Assembly: GCA_965217865.1 (NCBI GenBank)
Contig: CBDCJO010000002.1
Location: forward strand, 544,001-608,000
DNA length: 64,000 bases
DNA from: Candidatus Latescibacterota bacterium
GTDB lineage: Bacteria > Latescibacterota > UBA2968 > SICM01
Direction: 5' to 3'
The notes under the pieces were generated by a model. The model worked only from the letters and a program-made list of their open reading frames with translations. It did no database searches and was not told the DNA's origin. The position numbers and the translations under genes were made by a program. This document shows positions 22,657 through 34,194 of the stretch, piece after piece (positions within the stretch are counted from its first letter, which is position 1; each line of letters begins with the position of its first letter).

Positions 22657-23774
22657 AGGTCGCAGCCGTCCGCGACATCAGCGAGCAGATTCGTGGCGTG
22701 ACCTACGCCAAGAGTGACGCCAGCGCAGTCCCAAGAAGTGGCTACTCGCCCATGTTGCGGGCCAACAATATTGGAGAACACGGGCTGCTTCTTGAAGACT
22801 TGATATTCGTGCCGAACACCAAGATCTCTCCGAAGCAACGAATTGTCCCGAATGACATCGTTGTAGCAGCATCAAGTGGAAGTATCTCCGTCGTAGGAAA
22901 GACGGCGCAAGCGCGGATAGGATTCGATGGCGGGTTTGGCGCTTTCTGCAAAGTGCTGCGCCCGGGGCCTGATGTTGATCCCCACTACTTCGGCCACTAC
23001 TTCAAGACGTCCTCCTACCGGCGCGTCGTTTCGCAGTTGGCTTCTGGAGCGAATATCAACAATCTAAAGAAGGAGCATCTGGACAACCTATTAATCCCCC
23101 TCCCGCCCCTCGACCAGCAGAAGCGGATTGCGGGGATTCTGGATGCGGCGGACGCCTTGCGGGCCAAGCGCCGCGAAGCCCTCGCCCAGCTCGACACCCT
23201 CCTCCAATCCACCTTCCTCGACATGTTCGGCGACCCAGTCACCAATCCCATGGGGCTCCCCAGAGAAACACTCAAGTCTGCCTTTGAGTTCACTACGGGC
23301 AAATTGGATTCCAACGCGGCGGTTGAAGGAGGCAAGTATCCGTTCTTCACGTGCGCTCGTGAGACCTCCGCGATTGATGACTACGCGTTCGATTGCGAGG
23401 CACTCCTACTCGCGGGCAACAACGCGAATGCCGACTATTCCGTTAAGCACTACAAAGGCCGATTCAACGCGTACCAGCGCACTTACGTCATCACCATCAA
23501 TGAGAGTGCACTTATCTATGCGTATGCACTATTGGCACTTGAGTACCTGCTCGGCGACTTGAAACGCTTTTCGAAGGGAACGAACACGAAGTACCTAACA
23601 ATGGTCATTCTGAACCGAATGCCGATTCTTGTTCCCCCGCTTGACCTTCAGCGTCGCTTCGCCGCCGTTGTCGAATCTATTGAACACCAGAAAGCCCGCC
23701 AGCGAGCCCACCTCGCCAAACTCGACACCCTCTTCACCTCCCTGCAATCCCGCGCCTTCCGAGGAGACCTCTGA
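22653..23774 (+). CDS. hsdS: Type I R-M specificity subunit
   Basis: Two TRDs separated by PLPPLDQQKRIA / VPPLDLQRRF; ATGA overlap with hsdM. Confidence 0.93.
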   Translation: MKVAAVRDISEQIRGVTYAKSDASAVPRSGYSPMLRANNIGEHGLLLEDLIFVPNTKISPKQRIVPNDIVVAASSGSISVVGKTAQARIGFDGGFGAFCKVLRPGPDVDPHYFGHYFKTSSYRRVVSQLASGANINNLKKEHLDNLLIPLPPLDQQKRIAGILDAADALRAKRREALAQLDTLLQSTFLDMFGDPVTNPMGLPRETLKSAFEFTTGKLDSNAAVEGGKYPFFTCARETSAIDDYAFDCEALLLAGNNANADYSVKHYKGRFNAYQRTYVITINESALIYAYALLALEYLLGDLKRFSKGTNTKYLTMVILNRMPILVPPLDLQRRFAAVVESIEHQKARQRAHLAKLDTLFTSLQSRAFRGDL

Positions 23775-23780
23775 ACCGCT

Positions 23781-24603
23781 ATGGAAATCTCCGAGAACTT
23801 CGCGTTCCTGAAACAGGAATTCCCGCACGCGGCGGAGAGTGCGAGTTTTGCGGAGCGGCATGTCTTCGGCGACCCACGGGCGTCCTGCTTCCATGCCCGG
23901 CACGCACTGGAGCGTCTGCTCAAGCGTGTCTACAAGGTCGAGAAGGCGCTGAAGCCGCCGAAGGTCACGAACCTGGACGGCTACATCAGCGACCTTGCCT
24001 TCCGCGAACTCGTGCCCGAGGTCATCTGGCAGAAAGCCGAGGTCGTCCACCAGGCGGGCAACGTCGCGGTTCACGGTACCAAGACGCCCGCGCCCGAGAA
24101 GGCGCTCGACGTCCTGCGAGAGTTGTATCACGTCCTCTACTGGACCGGCCGCACCTACCTCCGGAAGGGCGCAGAGAGTCTGCAGGGCAAGACCTTCGAC
24201 GAATCCATCGTCCCGAACGTGGAACCGGCAATTACCCCAGCCAGCGTCCAGGAGCTGGAGGCTCTGAAGGCCCAGCGGGATGCGGCGGCGGAGGCCCGCA
24301 AGGAGATCGAGAGCGAACTTGAAGCGGTGCGTGGACGCCTCGCGGCCATCAAGGCGGAGAACGAAGGTTTCCCCGAGACCCACGACTGGAACGAGGACAA
24401 GACCCGCACGCTCATCATCGATCTCGATCTGGAACGCGCCGGATGGCATCTGGACCGGGAACAGGACCGTGAATACGAAGTGACGGGCATGCCGAACGAG
24501 TCGGGCATCGGCTATGCCGACTACGTTCTCTGGGGAGACGACGGCAAGCCCCTGGCGGTGGTGGAGGCGAAGAAGACCACCGTCGACCCGGCGGTGGGCC
24601 GGC
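23781..24603 (+). pseudogene. hsdR: Type I R-M restriction subunit, N-terminal fragment (DUF4145 + nuclease); helicase missing
   Basis: NFAFL, GNVAVH, GYADYVLWGDDGKPLAVVEAKKT; homology ends at ~24600. Confidence 0.88.
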
Positions 24604-25009
24604 ACCATCGTCGCAGGTTGCGGGATAGCTCGGCCGAACCGTCCTTGATCCGGGCACAGATCAGCGCCTGCCCAGCGACAGGGCTCAATCAATAGAGTTG
24701 AACCACGAGCTTGGGCCGATTGACGTTTCGGCGGGAGCCGAGGGTGCAATTTGGAGTTATTGTCAAGTCATATATGTAGGCCCCATAAATTTCAACGGAG
24801 CCCAGTCCTCGCGGCCTGCGATCGACTCATCAAATGGGCCAAAACCCGCTGGTCGCCGACGGAAAACCTCGCGCGGAGTTACGCTCGTCGTTGGTCAGGA
24901 ATGTCCCCGTGTCGTCGAGCACGGTCTCGATTACAGCCCAGAGGTCGTCCGTATAAAAGTGCACGACCGGGCGCGATGTTCTGCGACATGGGCTGCATCT
25001 ATTTTACGC

Positions 25010-25475
25010 TCAGCTTGCCCAAGACCGGAGATGCTCCTTTGCCGAAGTCGTTGGCAAAGATAAAAAAATCACCAAGCCCAATTGTGTCATCCCCATCCAG
25101 ATCATACCGCGCTTCATATCCTTTATCGCCTTGACTTGATCCAAACTGTTCGGCAAACCGGAAAAAGTCGGCAAGGTCAACAGTACCATCGCCATCAAAG
25201 TCGGGATTAGGGGCTTGAGGTGTGCTGTACGGCGACATATCCCACAGCAGAATCGTGCCATCACTTGACCCGGAAACGAGCATTGTCCCATCGGGGGAAA
25301 ACGACACGGAATGGACCCCAGACGTATGCCCCTTAAGGGTGGCGATATTTTCTCTTGTCGCCACGCCCCATAGCTTGACAACGCCATCATCTGCCCCGGA
25401 AGCGAGCATCGTCCCATCGGGCGAAAACGACACCGATTGGACTAACCCACCATGCCTGAGAGTGGCGATATTTCT
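25010..25475 (-). pseudogene. WD40-repeat protein with C-terminal EF-hand/dockerin-like domain, 3' fragment
   Basis: SFSPDGTMLASG..DG.VKLW repeats; PDFDGDGTVDLADF and YDLDGDDTIGLGDF. Confidence 0.85.
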
Positions 25476-25492
25476 CTAACTTGACGGCTCAC

Positions 25493-25685
25493 TAGTGTCG
25501 TGTCCCAAAGATTCCTTCAATAATTTCTTGGGTAGCGGTCTGTCGTCCTGAGCGGAGCGAAGGATCTCTATGTCCCGAACTATCAGACAGTTGGTGCGTT
25601 CTTCGCTCGCTCTCGATCAAAATGACAGCCACCGCTACGTTTTTGGAGACTTTCTTTTGTAAGGAACTTCTGGGACACGACACTA
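25493..25685. mobile_element. MITE with IS630-like ends carrying a REP-like palindrome
   Basis: ACTAGTGTCGTGTCCCA ... TGGGACACGACACTAGT perfect inverted ends; internal GTCGTCCTGAGCGGAGCGAAGGATCT...TTCTTCGCT...AATGAC. Confidence 0.75.
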
Positions 25686-25933
25686 GTGGTCGATTCCAGA
25701 AATTCGTATAATGTTGCCTACATCAAGGCGCATGTTTACCATCAGGTTGTCTCCCCGACCGCGTTGGGAGGTAACCGACGCCTGGACCGAGGCCGAAGTA
25801 TCAGCCCCAGTTTGAGGCAGAGAAAATCGCGGAAGCTCGTGGGATCGCACAACAACGAACTGCACCCAGTTCCCAAGCCCAGAGGGCCAAGATGGTGTTG
25901 ATCTTGTCGGAGCATTTTGTGGCTCCGCTTCTC

Positions 25934-26677
25934 CTATTTTACTCCGCTTTGCAAATATACAGATAGACCGCCTAACATGCATTGTAGAACATATAGTATG
26001 ATTATCAGTTTCGGACCCCAGTCTATATTTCTCTTATCTGTCATTCTAATTTCTGCCGTTTTTCCTTGAATTCCTCTGCCATAAATAATCCATCCGATGC
26101 AACAGACGTATAATGTAAATAACGCGATTATCCCTATCTTTTGCTCATTTGGCACTTCATTTTCTGCCGTCAAACTACCCGCAATCATTCCCGCAATAAA
26201 CATTGCGGGAATAGCTACAAAATGGCTATATACCCAATTCAATTTAACTTTATATCTACCGAATTCAGTTGATGCTGTTGCTATAATGTCTGCACACCAT
26301 CCTTCATTTCCTGAGAATGCTGTAATACTTGATTTCAATTGAAGAGGATTGTCTGAAAAAGCAGGAATTATTTTAACCTTCTGTAGTCCATTCTTACTTT
26401 GACGACTTTCGAGTTCTACTGAATATTTCTGAATGTCATACTTTATGTTGCTCTTATTTCTGATCATATCTTCCACGTTCACGAATCCGAACGCTCCATT
26501 TTTTGTTATCAATGTTATTGCACATTCAGTTTCTTCTTCATTGCCAAACCGTTCAATAAGCGTTTTACATATTCCACCGAGTTCATCGATAGTTATGCTA
26601 TGCGCAGGAAAGACTTGCGCCTGCATTACTCTCCTTATCATTGTTGTTTCTCCTTCTGTTTCGTTATTCCGATTCAC
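25934..26677 (-). CDS. Hypothetical low-GC membrane protein
   Basis: 247-aa ORF with three C-terminal hydrophobic segments; AT-rich. Confidence 0.65.
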   Translation of the reverse strand: MNRNNETEGETTMIRRVMQAQVFPAHSITIDELGGICKTLIERFGNEEETECAITLITKNGAFGFVNVEDMIRNKSNIKYDIQKYSVELESRQSKNGLQKVKIIPAFSDNPLQLKSSITAFSGNEGWCADIIATASTEFGRYKVKLNWVYSHFVAIPAMFIAGMIAGSLTAENEVPNEQKIGIIALFTLYVCCIGWIIYGRGIQGKTAEIRMTDKRNIDWGPKLIIILYVLQCMLGGLSVYLQSGVK

Positions 26678-26799
26678 TGTTCAATACGCGTTTGGCGGCG
26701 GCTGAAGTTCTCCAGAGATTACAAGGCCCGGGCTGGACGGGGAGGAGGATCAACGGAGCGAAGCGCTCGATTTCCGAGGCCTCGCTGACCGAGGCGTGG

Positions 26800-26910
26800 C
26801 ACTCCTGCTGGCCGATCTGGGGCTGACCAAATGTACTCACGACCGCACGTGTCGAACGACAACCCTTACTCCGAGGCGCAGTTCAAGACCTTGAAGTATC
26901 GCCCGGACTT
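26800..26910 (+). pseudogene. IS3-type integrase-core fragment
   Basis: LLADLG...SRPHVSNDNPYSEAQFKTLKYRP. Confidence 0.7.
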
Positions 26911-27246
26911 GGGAAATGGACACGAAAATCGCCCAAATCGCTCGATGTAAGTAGTTGTTTTTTCGTCAGGCGAAGTTGACGATTTCCGCGATTCTTAGGC
27001 GGAAATGACTTTTCGGAGTAGACTCATGCATCGAAATAGTTCGTACCGCTTTCCGAAACGTAGTGGACAACCCTGCCACAAAGCCGTCTGCCACTATCCT
27101 GTATTTGGCGGGTCCGATTTAGGTCAACCATGTTTTTGTCCCACTGTTGACCTCCCGGACGCGCTCGTCGTGCTCGACGAGGCTACCGGCTGTGCGTCAT
27201 CAAACACGGTGGTCGGGCGACGGTCAGTGTACGAAACAATACCACG

Positions 27247-27642
27247 TTGGAACTGCAGGTGCCCCCAGACGCCAACAAGGAGAAACGGCAGGCTGTGCTT
27301 CATCGCTGGTATCGTCATCGGTTGCGAGAAAAAATCACAGAAATGATCGCCAAGTGGGAGGCAGTTATAGGGGTGGATGTCGCCGACTGGGGTATTAAGA
27401 AGATGAAGACACGCTGGGGGACTTGCAATATAACCGCCCGGCGAATCTGGCTCAACCTCGAACTGGCCAAGAAACCCTCATCTTGCCTTGAGTATATCCT
27501 TGTGCACGAGATGGTCCACTTTTTGGAGCGACATCATAATAATCGATTCAGGAAATTTATGGATCGATTTATGCCACAGTGGCGACTCTATCGGGACGAG
27601 CTTAATCGATCGCCGTTAGCGCATGAAGACTGGGATTACTGA
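27247..27642 (+). pseudogene. YgjP/M48-like metallopeptidase (DUF45), C-terminal fragment
   Basis: IKKMKTRWGTCN, LEYILVHEMVH, HNNRF. Confidence 0.85.
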
Positions 27643-27692
27643 CTGGCAAGTATTGGGTATGGATCCTTAGGAGCAAAAATAACAATAGGTCG

Positions 27693-27887
27693 GAGACTAA
27701 AGATAGGACGTGGAACTTTGAAGAGGCGGCTGAATACCTGGGTTGCACGCCGGGAGCTCTACGAGCTTGGACTTCAAATGGAAAAATTCCAAATTTGAAG
27801 GTTCGACGGTTAACAAGATTTAGAAAAGAAGGATCTGGACCAGTATCTGGATAAGCATTTGACCAAGCCGTTAAACATCAGACCTAG
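27693..27887 (+). pseudogene. Excisionase-like HTH_17 remnant
   Basis: WNFEEAAEYLGCTPGALRAWTSNGKIPNLKV..LTRFRK, frameshift, DLDQYL. Confidence 0.65.
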
Positions 27888-27994
27888 ATGACCCCACCTA
27901 TTACCAACCTCCTGTAGTGGACGAGAAAAACCGCCCCGCTCATGAACGTCGTCCTGCCAGCCCGAATCAAAAACGAACAAGCGAAAGAGAACTG

Positions 27995-30611
27995 ATGAAC
28001 CAACCTCGTCCTTCTATATACCGCAACGCCCTCCAAGTGTCTCCTGAGCGCATTGCAACGATGAGCGACGAAGACCTGAACGTGCTTATAAGGGAACTGC
28101 TCCGAGCCCAAGCGTACAAGTGTGGCTCCCCGCTCAGCGAGATCCGGGTCAACACCGAAGGCAAAGCCAAGGACGATGGGAGCGACGGTTGGTCTGCCAA
28201 GCCGGAGACACCAGATGACTGGTTCGGTTCGGCCGACACGTGCTGGCAGTTCAAGGCGGGGTTGGCTGGAGAGCCCGCGAGACTTCTAGGCGAGATCACC
28301 AAGCCCATTCCCAAGGAAACGGTTGCCGATGGCGGTCGCTTTGTCGTGGTTGCCTCTGGTTCGACGAATGGTAAGAAGGGGGAAGATAACCGTCGTGCGA
28401 TTCTGATCGATGATGCACAGAAAATGAACATTCCTTTCGATAAAATCGATGTCATCGGCAGTGAACGGCTCGCAAACTGGTGCAATCAGCATCCTGCAGT
28501 CGCAGCACGCTGGGCGGGACGGCCAGATGGCCTTTGGACCCTCGACGACTGGTCGAACTCCGAGGAGCATCAGGTTCCATATCAGTCATCCGCAACGGTG
28601 CAGTTGGAAATTGACGCTCGACGAACCGATCTGGATTTCGCAACGGGTAACGTCAGGCACATCCATATCCAAGGCCCCCCTGGGGTGGGTAAAACCCGAT
28701 TCGCGCTCGAACTCTGTCGTGAAGCACCTTGGCGCTACGCCGTTATCTACATCCGCCAGGCTGCGGATTTTCGCTTGGTAGAGCTGATCGACGGTGCGGC
28801 TACAGATCCGGGCGTCCAGCTCATTGTAGCCGCCGATGAGGTTCAACCTGATCAGCTCCGACCATTGCAGGATTCGGTGGAGCGGGGCAGTGGTCGCGTT
28901 CGCCTCATCACCGTGGGACACAACTCAAGTCCGGATCCCAGCCGCATACATGCGCTGTTAGTAGAGCCGCTCGATGATCAAGCTATGCAAAAGGTAATCA
29001 ACGGCTGGTACCCAGCAATGCCACCCGAGCACGTTGACTTCGTGGTGAGCTTCGCGGATGGATACGTCCGGCTTGCCCACCTGGCGTCAGATGCTGTTGT
29101 CCAAAACCCCGACATGAATGTGAGGGGATTGCTCAGCCGCGACGAGATTCGTGGATTCCTCGATGGAATGCTTGGCACGGGTGACCGGCGTTTCCTATAT
29201 GTTGTGGCGGTCCTGACCAGTGTGGGCTGGACTGATGACAAGCAAGAAGAGGGGAAGGCGGTTGCTAAGCACTTCGGCCTTGACTGGAACCAGGTGCGTG
29301 CGACTGTCGATGACTTCCATCGTCGGTTGGGGATTGCACCACGCAGTGGACGTTATCGGTACATCTCACCTGTTCCGCTGGGGACCCATCTCGCGGTTGA
29401 AGCGTGGACCACTTACCCCGACCTTTTGAAGTTGCTTCCCAGCGAGTTGCCATCGGATGGGGCCAGAGATGCGTACTATGAGCGTCTACAATCGATGACG
29501 AGTCAACCGCAGGCTCGAGAATATGCCCGTGAGGAACTGGCCTCTTTTTTGTGCGTCGATAACTTCATAGACGATCGCGGAGTCCGCCGTTGGTCGGCAC
29601 TGTCCTCCGCAGATCCTGACGAAGCCGCGCGCAAAATCCTGAGAGCACTCAGCGGTGCGAGCCTCGAAGATCGCAGGCGAGTCAAAGATCGCGCTAGACA
29701 GGAGTTAGTCGGGACGCTCGTGCGCCTCGCGTGGAGGTCGTCATCATTTCATGACGCGGCCAAAGCCCTCGCTCTGCTTGCCGAAGCTGAAAACGAAACG
29801 TGGGCGAACAACGCGTCCGCAGAATTCGCAGGCCGGTTTCAGATCTTCCTAGGTGGAACGTCTGTTCCTTACCTCGACCGCTTGTCTGTGCTCGATGAGC
29901 TTCTGGCGGAGGAACGGCCATCCTTAGCTAGTTTGACAGTGAAGGCCCTCGCGCAGGTGAGCAACTGGCAAGCCTTCCGTATGGGAAGCAGTCCGGCGTC
30001 TGACGAGTTGCCGGAGATGGAGTGGCAGCCGAAAACGGAGAGGGAGCATTTCGAGTGCGTTGAGACCGCGATTGTCCGCCTGAGCGATATCGCGAAGCTT
30101 GGGATAGCCGATATCCAGACAGACCTTGTTGCTGCAGCAAAAGGCTTCTCCATGATGCTGCGTGAATCCCCGGGGGGGAAAACTCGTTGCCAGCTTCTTT
30201 GATGCTGTGCGTGGGGCCTACCCGGAAGCCCGTGAGCCGCTGAGGAGAGCAATCGCTGAAATCATCCACAGCGAAAGGAATCATTGGAAAGATCTGTCCG
30301 CTAAGGAGCTAGGAGAACTACAGAAGCTGCATGCCCGCTTCGAGGCCCCCTCTTTGGGAGCTCGACTTCAGCAGCATGTAGGACAGACATCATGGTATCG
30401 GGAAGAACAGCCGGACCTGAGGCCGCTTGCAAAAGAGCTTCTATCCGCTCCAAAGGTTCTCATGGAGCAATGGCCATGGTTGACCTCCGGTGACGCATCT
30501 GATGCTTGGCGGTTGGGGGAGGCTTTTGCTGCAGTAGATTCAGAAGGAGATCTCGCTGAGACATTGCCATCGCTTCCTGGCGGTGGAAGCGACCTCCGGT
30601 TGCTTTGTGGT
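27995..30611 (+). pseudogene. Nuclease-like + P-loop NTPase + helical protein (STAND/Avs-like), frameshifted and 3'-truncated
   Basis: DDGSDG...WQFKAG, GPPGVGKT, IVAADE; shift in the G7 run near 30172; cut at 30612 by an IS-like end. Confidence 0.75.
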
Positions 30612-30996
30612 CTGACGAACAGAGAATGGTTCCGGGGAAAGGATCATATGGGGAGCCAAAAGAAGAGCAGGGGCTCGGAGACATCCGATCCCCTTTCCAC
30701 TGAACAGGTAAAGCGAGATGCCCTCCGTAGCCTGCAAGGGCGGAGGAGGGCCGCCGGAGCCTGCAAGGGCGGAGGAGGGCCGCCGGAGCCAAGGCAAGTA
30801 GACAAGGGGCCAGACGGAAGTCTGAGCCCCATTTTCGCTTGGAAGAAAGCGCGGGACTGCCCTCCGTAGCTGCCTGACATCCCGCAGCCTTGGCGTAGGA
30901 TGTAAGCGGAGGACGGCCGCCGGAGCCAGACTGTTGCTCTCACTGAAACTCTGGCCAGAGTCGGGGGTTTCAGTTGAGGTTTCATACAGAGCCAGC
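30612..30996. mobile_element. IS remnant containing REP-like palindromic repeats
   Basis: Starts CTGACGAACAGAGAAT (also at 10183-10228); 29-bp tandem unit at 30729-30786; ends TTTCATACAGAGCCAG. Confidence 0.5.
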
Positions 30997-31232
30997 TTTA
31001 CCTCAGTAGGCCCCAGATAATTTCGTTGATATGCAGTTTCATCAATTCTTTTCGTTCCTCTGGCCTGGCTGGTGAGTAAAGCTTCGGAAAAAGTCGATGC
31101 AGGGGAAGCTTGTTGTAGATGTGGATGTGAGGGTTAATTTGAAGGAGGGTAGTGGGGCATGAAAGTGTTGGTGCAATTGTTGATGCTCCAGAGCTTCGAC
31201 TGTTGGTGCTCAAAGGGAACGAATAACCACCA

Positions 31233-32213
31233 TTAGGCGTTCTCTGAATAATATTGTAATAAAGAGTTGTTTGTCTTGGAAACATCTAATGGGTTTGGTC
31301 GCGTCAAGTCCGAAACAAACCGCACATCACTTACCCCATCAGGCAAGTCACGAGAGACTTTGGGGATGTCTCGAATGTCATAGAAAGCAAGAGAATTTCT
31401 TGCTAGACTATCATCAAAAGACCGTTCCCGTGCACGCTCCCAATCTGATCCAAGCACTTCCATGCAGATTTGATCTACTTTCAGTCTAAGATCTGCGTCG
31501 GCCACGGCAAATGACTTCCCTTTATCCCACAGATCGCCAAGAGAAATAGCCCCCACACACTCTTCGACAAAAAGAGATGCTACATAGACAGAAAGCTCAT
31601 CAGGTGGATACGCTTGATGATAGGTGAAATGGTGGGTTCTGGTTCTGCTCCCGGAACTCTTCACCTCAAACCGGTCAATACCTGAACTGAAGTCAAACCG
31701 CTCGCCCGGCTCGGCATGCCAGGCCCTGAGTAACGGCATAGGCTCACTTGAGGTCACAATTAAAAATAATTCTGCCCACAGCCCTTGAATTGGCCTCGAC
31801 TGCGGCCGCCTTAAAGCTAAGAATAACGTGGCTAGTCGATCAATAACTGTTGAGACGTCATCAGCGTTTGCTGGTGAAGGAATCAATTGAACTGCCGACT
31901 CCATTATTCTAAGGAAATATTTCCTTAGAGAGGCTTGAGAAGAAGAGCACTGGACAATAGAAAATGTTCCTTCAGATAGTGTCCCACCAGGATCTGCAAT
32001 TCTGCATCGCACCCCGTGCTCAACCTGAAGGTTCTCCAACATTACTGTTGGTAGGGCGTGGGCTGGAATGGTGTAAAACAATATTAATGGATTACCGTCT
32101 TTGTCTTTTGCAAGGTGACGATCATCATACCCTGGAATCTTCTTTCCTGTAAGGACCGTGGGATCATTTGAGGGATGAAGGCCTGAAGAAAGTAACTCTA
32201 GAGATTCAACCAT
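31233..32213 (-). CDS. PD-(D/E)XK motif protein (DUF4420)
   Basis: QGLWAEL, W...RFDF...FEVKS...H; adjacent to a Z1-family gene. Confidence 0.85.
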   Translation of the reverse strand: MVESLELLSSGLHPSNDPTVLTGKKIPGYDDRHLAKDKDGNPLILFYTIPAHALPTVMLENLQVEHGVRCRIADPGGTLSEGTFSIVQCSSSQASLRKYFLRIMESAVQLIPSPANADDVSTVIDRLATLFLALRRPQSRPIQGLWAELFLIVTSSEPMPLLRAWHAEPGERFDFSSGIDRFEVKSSGSRTRTHHFTYHQAYPPDELSVYVASLFVEECVGAISLGDLWDKGKSFAVADADLRLKVDQICMEVLGSDWERARERSFDDSLARNSLAFYDIRDIPKVSRDLPDGVSDVRFVSDLTRPNPLDVSKTNNSLLQYYSENA

Positions 32214-33406
32214 TCATAACCTCCTCAATCCCTCCTTGATCTTGGATAAGAACATCATTCTCCAAACGGCCAGGTATGTGAATTGCTACATTTGGGACAT
32301 AATTCAGTAGCATCTGGATCTTCAGGATTGCCCAGTGTTCTCTGCCAATGACCAAGGATTTCGGTAATCCAATCGAAATATTGTTGATGACCTATGGTAC
32401 GGTGAGATGGGTGAACCATCATTGAGCGATTTCCATGTCCATCTTCTTTAACTAAGCCAGAAGCCACGCCAAGAAAGAAAATACGCATCGCCTGGAGGAG
32501 GCTATCTGGTGGGCCGAGTAATGGATTGTTCCTCGTAGGAATCTCGTCGGGAGGAATCTCTCTCACAAGTTGTTGATTCTCAAGAAAGAAATGGCGAGCA
32601 CCAATATAGGCATCCCCAGGTGTCAACGTTACTGCAAAGCTAGGTGATAGGACATCAATTAAGTTGATTAGCAGCGGCCCTTGTGGAGTAGCAGTGTACT
32701 GCAGAAAGGTATGGTGTGGTATTGTCTCTTTAAGTTCTCGTAGCCGGCGATATGTTGTGCTTTCCTCGCCCTCATTGATTAGGTTGTTAAGGCCAGCCTG
32801 ATCACCCTCGTCATCGATAAGCAGCACCGGAACACCGTTAAGAGTTACGTGAGATAGGACATCAATTAAATGCTGAAGATGTCGGTGATGCTTCATAACA
32901 GTGATAAGTATAGTGGCTCGCTGGGAAGAGGGAGCGTTAGAATCTCGCCAATCTTCGAGAGCACTGGTAATCCTTGTGTGATCTTGGTTTTCGACTCTGG
33001 GATTGTGCAGATGTCGCCAACATCTATCCTCACGCGTATCTAAACTCAAATCACGACGCAATCTGCTTTGAGATTGATTTGTTAATGGGATGGATGTCCC
33101 TGCGATTACAATGACCAAGGGATAATTGTTATCTCTCGCTAAAGCCGTTACAACTGTAAACGATAGAGTCTTTCCACTTTGAACGTAGCCAACCACAAGT
33201 CCTGTTCGCTGCCCTCTGTGTATGATAGGTGGAACACATTTTGATAGCACCGAAACAGCTTCATTTCGCAGTGCATCGCAACTCGGCTGATTAAGAGGTA
33301 GTCTTTCCATAAGCTCGTAAGTCTCTACTCCGATAGAAGGCCGCCATACGTCCATGTTATTTCTTATTATCTCTATTTGCTCGTGGTTGTTCTGGTCGCA
33401 GTTCAT
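32206..33406 (-). pseudogene. Z1-domain helicase-like/endonuclease protein with an internal deletion
   Basis: GLVVGYVQSGKT, LLIDDEGDQA, YTATPQ, SMMVHPS; abrupt join near 32300 to a tail reading VPNVAIHIP. Confidence 0.82.
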
Positions 33407-33529
33407 TTATTATATTCCGGGGCCTACGCAACACTAAGTGCGCCAGAGAGCATTGCGCAACAGAGTATTCACATTTCTGCGGATCGTACCAGCCATTCTA
33501 ATTCCACTATCTCGCGCTATCTCCCTTTT

Positions 33530-34014
33530 GTCTGATCGGCTCGTCCGCTGCAGATGGCCGGGCGGATGTCTCGCCCAGGGGCGATCCCCCGGGGTTCGTG
33601 GCGGTGCTGGACCGCCAGACCCTGCTGATTCCCGACCGCCCGGGAAACCGTCAAGTCGACTCGTTACAGAACATCATCGAGCAGCCGCGGGTGGGGCTGC
33701 TCTTCCTGGTGCCGGGCATGAACGAGACGCTGCGCTTGAGTGGGACGGCGGAGATCGTCACCGATGCGGCCCTGCTGGCGCCCCTGTCCGTGGGCGGCAA
33801 ATCCCCGATCTCTGGGCTGCGCGTCACGGTTGAGGAGGCATTCCTCCATTGCGGGAGAGCCCTGATCCGCTCTCGGCTTTGGGAACCAGAGGTTCAGATC
33901 GAGCGCTCCAGTTTTCCCACATATGGACAGGTACTGGCGGATCAGATCAAGGGGGCGGAGGCCAAGGAAATCGACGCCTCAGAAGATGAGGCCAATCGCA
34001 ACCGGCTCTATTGA
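33530..34014 (+). pseudogene. PPOX-class FMN-binding protein (MSMEG_1061-like), 5'-truncated
   Basis: DVSPRGDPPGFV, IPDRPGNR..DSLQNI, VGLLFLVPG..ETLR, HCGRALIRS. Confidence 0.85.
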
Positions 34015-34194
34015 AGAGAAGATCGTCCGTGGGTGGATCCCCTTTTGCGGGTGGTTTTTTGTTTTGGCCAATGGCCAAACGGAAAGGATGCGAACCAGCG
34101 TCGTTCTTCGTGAATGGTGAAATCCCACCACACCTCTACCGACGACTTTCTCGAGGTATCTTTGATAAAAAGGTGTGGAAAAAAGATATGGTAA

